DNA of 62,493 nucleotides, taken from contig JALAGF010003335.1 of the NCBI GenBank assembly GCA_030167865.1, forward strand, positions 62,001 through 124,493, given 5' to 3'. Shown here piece by piece: positions 58,461-62,493 of this stretch (positions within the stretch are counted from its first letter, which is position 1; the number at the start of each line of letters is the position of its first letter). Source of the stretch: Craspedostauros australis (lineage: Eukaryota). The notes beneath the pieces are model-generated. The model was not told the origin of the DNA. It ran no database searches and saw only the letters and a program-made list of their open reading frames with translations. The position numbers and the translations under genes are program-made.

Positions 58461-60212
58461 ATGACGCAAGGTCAACGGCAAAGCCCCTTCAGCTTTCTGT
58501 GCGGATACTGCTTCGACCCTGAGACAGTCACCATGACGGGGCGCCGTGCAACATATGAAGACGACAGCAAACAATCCCTCTCCACCGATTCGGACTCATC
58601 CTCATCCACTTCATCGTCCCGGATGTCGTGGAGAGAATCCACACCCAACCGCGCTGCGAGATCACCGCGCATGACCAAAGGCCGACGACGCGGACGCTCA
58701 CGCACGCCACGTCTACGCAACGTCAACTCATCCAGCTTTGGGGATGACAACGAAGTGCCCACGCACAACAAGCATGAAACTGCCGTGCCTGGCTCCTCCT
58801 CCGACAACAACGTGAGTCTCTGCGGCGGCAGCGTCGAATACGTCAATCAAGACATGCAGGCCGAGACGAACTTGCGAACGGAGGTCAATGCCAAGACACG
58901 TGGCGATCGCTTCGATCATCGGGGCCGACGCCACGGCCATCGTAGCGGTGATGATCGTGGCGTTGGTGCTACTGGTAGATGGGTTGACAATGGTGGCAGG
59001 ACGATGGACGCACCTACTCCGCAGCCAAGATTGAAGATCAAACCCGAACCCCAAGGGACGAAATCTGACAACAGAACAATCGAAAGCGGCGACACGACTG
59101 TTGCGATGCGGATGAAGCGAGAAGCAGTCGAGGAACTCGGAGACTACCTGGAGGGCCGCAAGTATATGTACCAAGTCGCACTCCAACAGTTGCGAAGCGC
59201 GGAGGATACCAATGGCAACGCCAACGCAAGTCGAGGTGGTCACGTCAACAAAAGAACGGCCTCCGTGAAGAAGCTCTTGGGCACGTTCAGAGGCCTCGGC
59301 GTGAGCAAAGCGGCGGTGAAAAGCAGTATCAAGACGAACATGGAGAGGCTCCGCAGCCTCACTCCCGTCCGCCGTTCAGGCACCAAGCCAAGAGGATTCG
59401 CAACGAAGTCGATCGCGGCTGTACCTGGCGGAGCTGAGGATAGGGCCACCCAAAGTGTCCGTTACGACAAGAATCAGTACTCGGAATCGAAGCGTTTCTT
59501 GTCAGACTCTAATGACTCGGAAGATGACACCCGATCTGGAGATGAGAGGGACGACATCGATAGCACGCGTGCCACGAGGCATTACAGCAATCGCCGTCGT
59601 CGCAATCAGCGCAGACGCAGTCGCAGCCGTCGACACACAGATCGTCAACGCATGTCGAGGCGATCTGAGTCCCCTCCGAGACGAACACCACACCGACAGC
59701 GATCGCCTCCAAGACAGCCCACTCGTCGTGACCGTCGCAAGCGTTCTGATACCCACAAAAGGAGAAGCAAGGGCACCTCATCGTCGAGCTCTTCGTCGTC
59801 ACGTTCCGAATCCACATCTTCGGAAAGCACGCATCACAGGCACCCAACGTCGTCACGAAGGACGCGCGCTGATCGACGCAACGGTGCATCAAGATTTGAT
59901 GACGAAGAGCGTGAACCGGTTGAGGACACGACCCGAACATCCGACCGGCAACGAAATCGCCACAGCAGAAGCACCAGGAGAAGACCAAGTGATGGATCTT
60001 CCAACACAGATGCTTCATTCGAAGTAACTGGTCGATACGCTCCAACATGGTCGCCTCGTCGTGCAAATCCATGTACGATTCTGTCAACGAAGCCAGGGCT
60101 CCTCTCAAAGCTGATGAGCAAGAATGAGGATCCTCGAGATCTCCGGATCTATCACAAGTACTCTGTCAACCAACGTTACCGTGATGGTTTCACTGATCGT
60201 TTCGAACTCTAA
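58461..60212 (+). CDS. Arg/Ser-rich low-complexity hypothetical protein
   Basis: Open frame of about 583 aa from accATG at 58461. No recognisable domain. Confidence 0.65.
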   Translation: MTQGQRQSPFSFLCGYCFDPETVTMTGRRATYEDDSKQSLSTDSDSSSSTSSSRMSWRESTPNRAARSPRMTKGRRRGRSRTPRLRNVNSSSFGDDNEVPTHNKHETAVPGSSSDNNVSLCGGSVEYVNQDMQAETNLRTEVNAKTRGDRFDHRGRRHGHRSGDDRGVGATGRWVDNGGRTMDAPTPQPRLKIKPEPQGTKSDNRTIESGDTTVAMRMKREAVEELGDYLEGRKYMYQVALQQLRSAEDTNGNANASRGGHVNKRTASVKKLLGTFRGLGVSKAAVKSSIKTNMERLRSLTPVRRSGTKPRGFATKSIAAVPGGAEDRATQSVRYDKNQYSESKRFLSDSNDSEDDTRSGDERDDIDSTRATRHYSNRRRRNQRRRSRSRRHTDRQRMSRRSESPPRRTPHRQRSPPRQPTRRDRRKRSDTHKRRSKGTSSSSSSSSRSESTSSESTHHRHPTSSRRTRADRRNGASRFDDEEREPVEDTTRTSDRQRNRHSRSTRRRPSDGSSNTDASFEVTGRYAPTWSPRRANPCTILSTKPGLLSKLMSKNEDPRDLRIYHKYSVNQRYRDGFTDRFEL

Positions 60213-60932
60213 ATCTGCAACAACAGGAGTAGCAGATGGACAGAGCATCCGATCGAGGCTGAGTTTCGTTGCCCGAAAGGATCCCAGAAATGAGCTGTAC
60301 CTGTCAAGGTTAGTCAGCAGATAAGCAAGTAACATAATAGGATGAGTATAATACAATTTAAGCATAATACACAAGACTTGCGAAATAGAATGGATTAGAG
60401 CCGTGCCCTGCATGGCCAGGCAATCGTTGTTCCCGATGACAGATCTCCACATTCATTCCGTTCGGCATCATCATTGTGCGCGAATGGTATGACTACGATC
60501 GAGAAGAGATGGTGCTCGCGCAAAGCAACAGACAAAATCAACAAGAAACGAAAACTAGAGAAGAACAGAAGTTTTGCGTGGACGAAACGAACCATTGTAA
60601 TCTAACTAGTCGATATAATTTGGCGATGAATGGGCAAGGCCGGCGTGAAGTTTACTTAACAATATCGGATCTGATTGGCGTTCGTCGAATGTCACAACCG
60701 AGATGAAGCGTTCGTGAGAAAAGTCAAGAAGGCTTCACAAGATGGTAGACTCCCACCAACAACCAACTCCGCGCATCATCCATGTGTGTGATCTGAGCAA
60801 TCGACACACAAGAAGGCATCGTCGGTCACACCAAGTCTCTCCACAAGAAGATCATGGATGTGACACCAGGACAAGAGAGATCTGAGGAGTAGCAAACGCA
60901 AACGCAAGCGGCACGAGACGCAAGGCCAAGGA

Positions 60933-61925
60933 ATGCTGTTCTCTACAACACTGCGGAGCACTGCACGAAGCATCGCAAGTGGAAACGGTGGTTGCAATCC
61001 GACCATGGCGAACGACGGGCGACGCAACGATGATGACAGTATCCTGTCGGCAGCAGACAAGACCGTTATTGGGAGGACGCTTCACAGCGTCGTAAACGAT
61101 GCCCTGTGGTCCTGCGCACTCAACGATTACATGTCGGAGGAGGACGAGGAGGAGTTCAACAAGATCTCTCCGCAGCCAAAGTCCTGCATCATGCTCAACC
61201 TTGCCCATCCTTCCAAGGTCGAAACGCAGGAAGATGACCCGCGGCATCCAGCGGTGCGCGCAGCAGGCGCGTTGGATCTGGAGGAGCGTAATGGCACGCC
61301 CGGCATCTACGCCAGCGCATCAGATGATGATGCAATGCTGCCTCCCGTGGATTGGTTGAACATCCCGCCTGATGGAGGAAACGGCGACCAAGTGGCAGGG
61401 CTCAGCACTCCAGAAAACTGGGATGAGCGAATGCAACGATATCGTGCAAGGTTACGTGATGCCAAGAAGAAAGGATCCGGAATCCGACCTGGTAGGCGAG
61501 GATGGTCCATCATGCGGGTCAAAGCGTCGAAGCTCAGTAAATCACAGAATTCATCCAACCACGAGAGCACAGACGATGGTCGATCGCGCGCACGGACACG
61601 AACCACGAGAGATGTGCGGAGAGGGAGGTCGAAGAGCGTGAGCAGACACAAATTCAAGCAATCGAAAATGGCAGAACCGAGAAGATCACGGAGTCAGAAA
61701 CGAAGCACATCATCCAAACAGCAGCGAGCACGTTCTCATTCTCGTCATGGACCACGAACGTCGCGTCGGTCGCGGGATGGCGACACCGTCACGATCTCGC
61801 AACGTTCACAAGACATGCGAAGCATGTCGAGGTCAAGAAGATCGAAACACTCTGATGAATCGAGAAGAGACGACTCAAAACGATCGAAGAAGGCACCTGT
61901 TCGATTACCAGTGTACAGATATTGA
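60933..61925 (+). CDS. Hypothetical protein with acidic N-half and Arg/Ser-rich C-half
   Basis: 330-aa ORF; alternative start accATGG near 61005. No recognisable domain. Confidence 0.6.
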   Translation: MLFSTTLRSTARSIASGNGGCNPTMANDGRRNDDDSILSAADKTVIGRTLHSVVNDALWSCALNDYMSEEDEEEFNKISPQPKSCIMLNLAHPSKVETQEDDPRHPAVRAAGALDLEERNGTPGIYASASDDDAMLPPVDWLNIPPDGGNGDQVAGLSTPENWDERMQRYRARLRDAKKKGSGIRPGRRGWSIMRVKASKLSKSQNSSNHESTDDGRSRARTRTTRDVRRGRSKSVSRHKFKQSKMAEPRRSRSQKRSTSSKQQRARSHSRHGPRTSRRSRDGDTVTISQRSQDMRSMSRSRRSKHSDESRRDDSKRSKKAPVRLPVYRY

Positions 61926-62493
61926 AGCACAGAGCCTTGGATGGAGTCGAGCACTGAATCACAAGAGAATGGCTCCGACGAGACAAACATGAGTGAGCAG
62001 AGTGTGCTCCGCGGAATCTGATATTCGTTCTCGAAAAGCAAACCACTGGACTGACGAAACGAGCCGTCATCCGTTGCAAATTACGATAGTCACATGCATA
62101 ACTTGCTGAATCATAAGCACTGATACAATAGATCGCTCACAGATTGAGACGGGTTGATCCTCAATCGTTCAAACTTGACAGAAACAGGCCCAGTATTCGG
62201 TGCTCAAGCGAAAAGACGCACAGCACAAACAATACAGTTGTTGCGCACATCTAATATCAATCAATCACAAATACAATGTGACAGAGCTCATCGTGATCAA
62301 TGTCGTCACACTCGTCACTAACACACCCACTTCTTACCGATGCCTACTCGACCTCCTTGTTCTACTACACCAGTAAGGCACGTACAATCAATGCGAGTAG
62401 AGTGGAATAGAGTAGAGAGGAGCACTCTACGCGCCGATGCAACAGAGAAAAGGACCCCTTCAACCATCATTCGACTCTTCCGACAACACTCTT

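Overview
This is eukaryotic nuclear DNA, most likely from a diatom or a related photosynthetic stramenopile. That is an inference from short GT-AG introns, compact gene spacing, bipartite signal+transit presequences and a PsbP-domain gene. I can support about 23 protein-coding genes. The recognisable ones are an O-methyltransferase, two paralogous cyclic-nucleotide-binding AGC kinases, an ARF GTPase, a fucosyltransferase-like protein, a carnitine acyltransferase, an HA-domain protein, POP5, a tandem GNAT acetyltransferase, a TrmA/RlmD-family m5U methyltransferase, a PAP2 phosphatase, an SGNH hydrolase, a stand-alone PDZ protein, a dual-specificity phosphatase, PRP22/DHX8, Aurora kinase, a PsbP-like protein and a METTL13 C-terminal-like protein; the rest are hypotheticals. 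There are also two identical tRNA-Ile(AAT) genes and a 67-N assembly gap. The least ordinary region is 28.8-34.7 kb. It shows an old local duplication of a POP5/tRNA-Ile unit, a decayed non-LTR retroelement abutting the POP5 stop, and a possible LTR spanning the gap. The two kinases are also notable, because they have PKG-like architecture but PKA-like (RAA) nucleotide pockets. I found no CRISPR array or prokaryote-type system, and no clearly new multi-gene system. All family calls come from motif recognition by eye, not from database searches.
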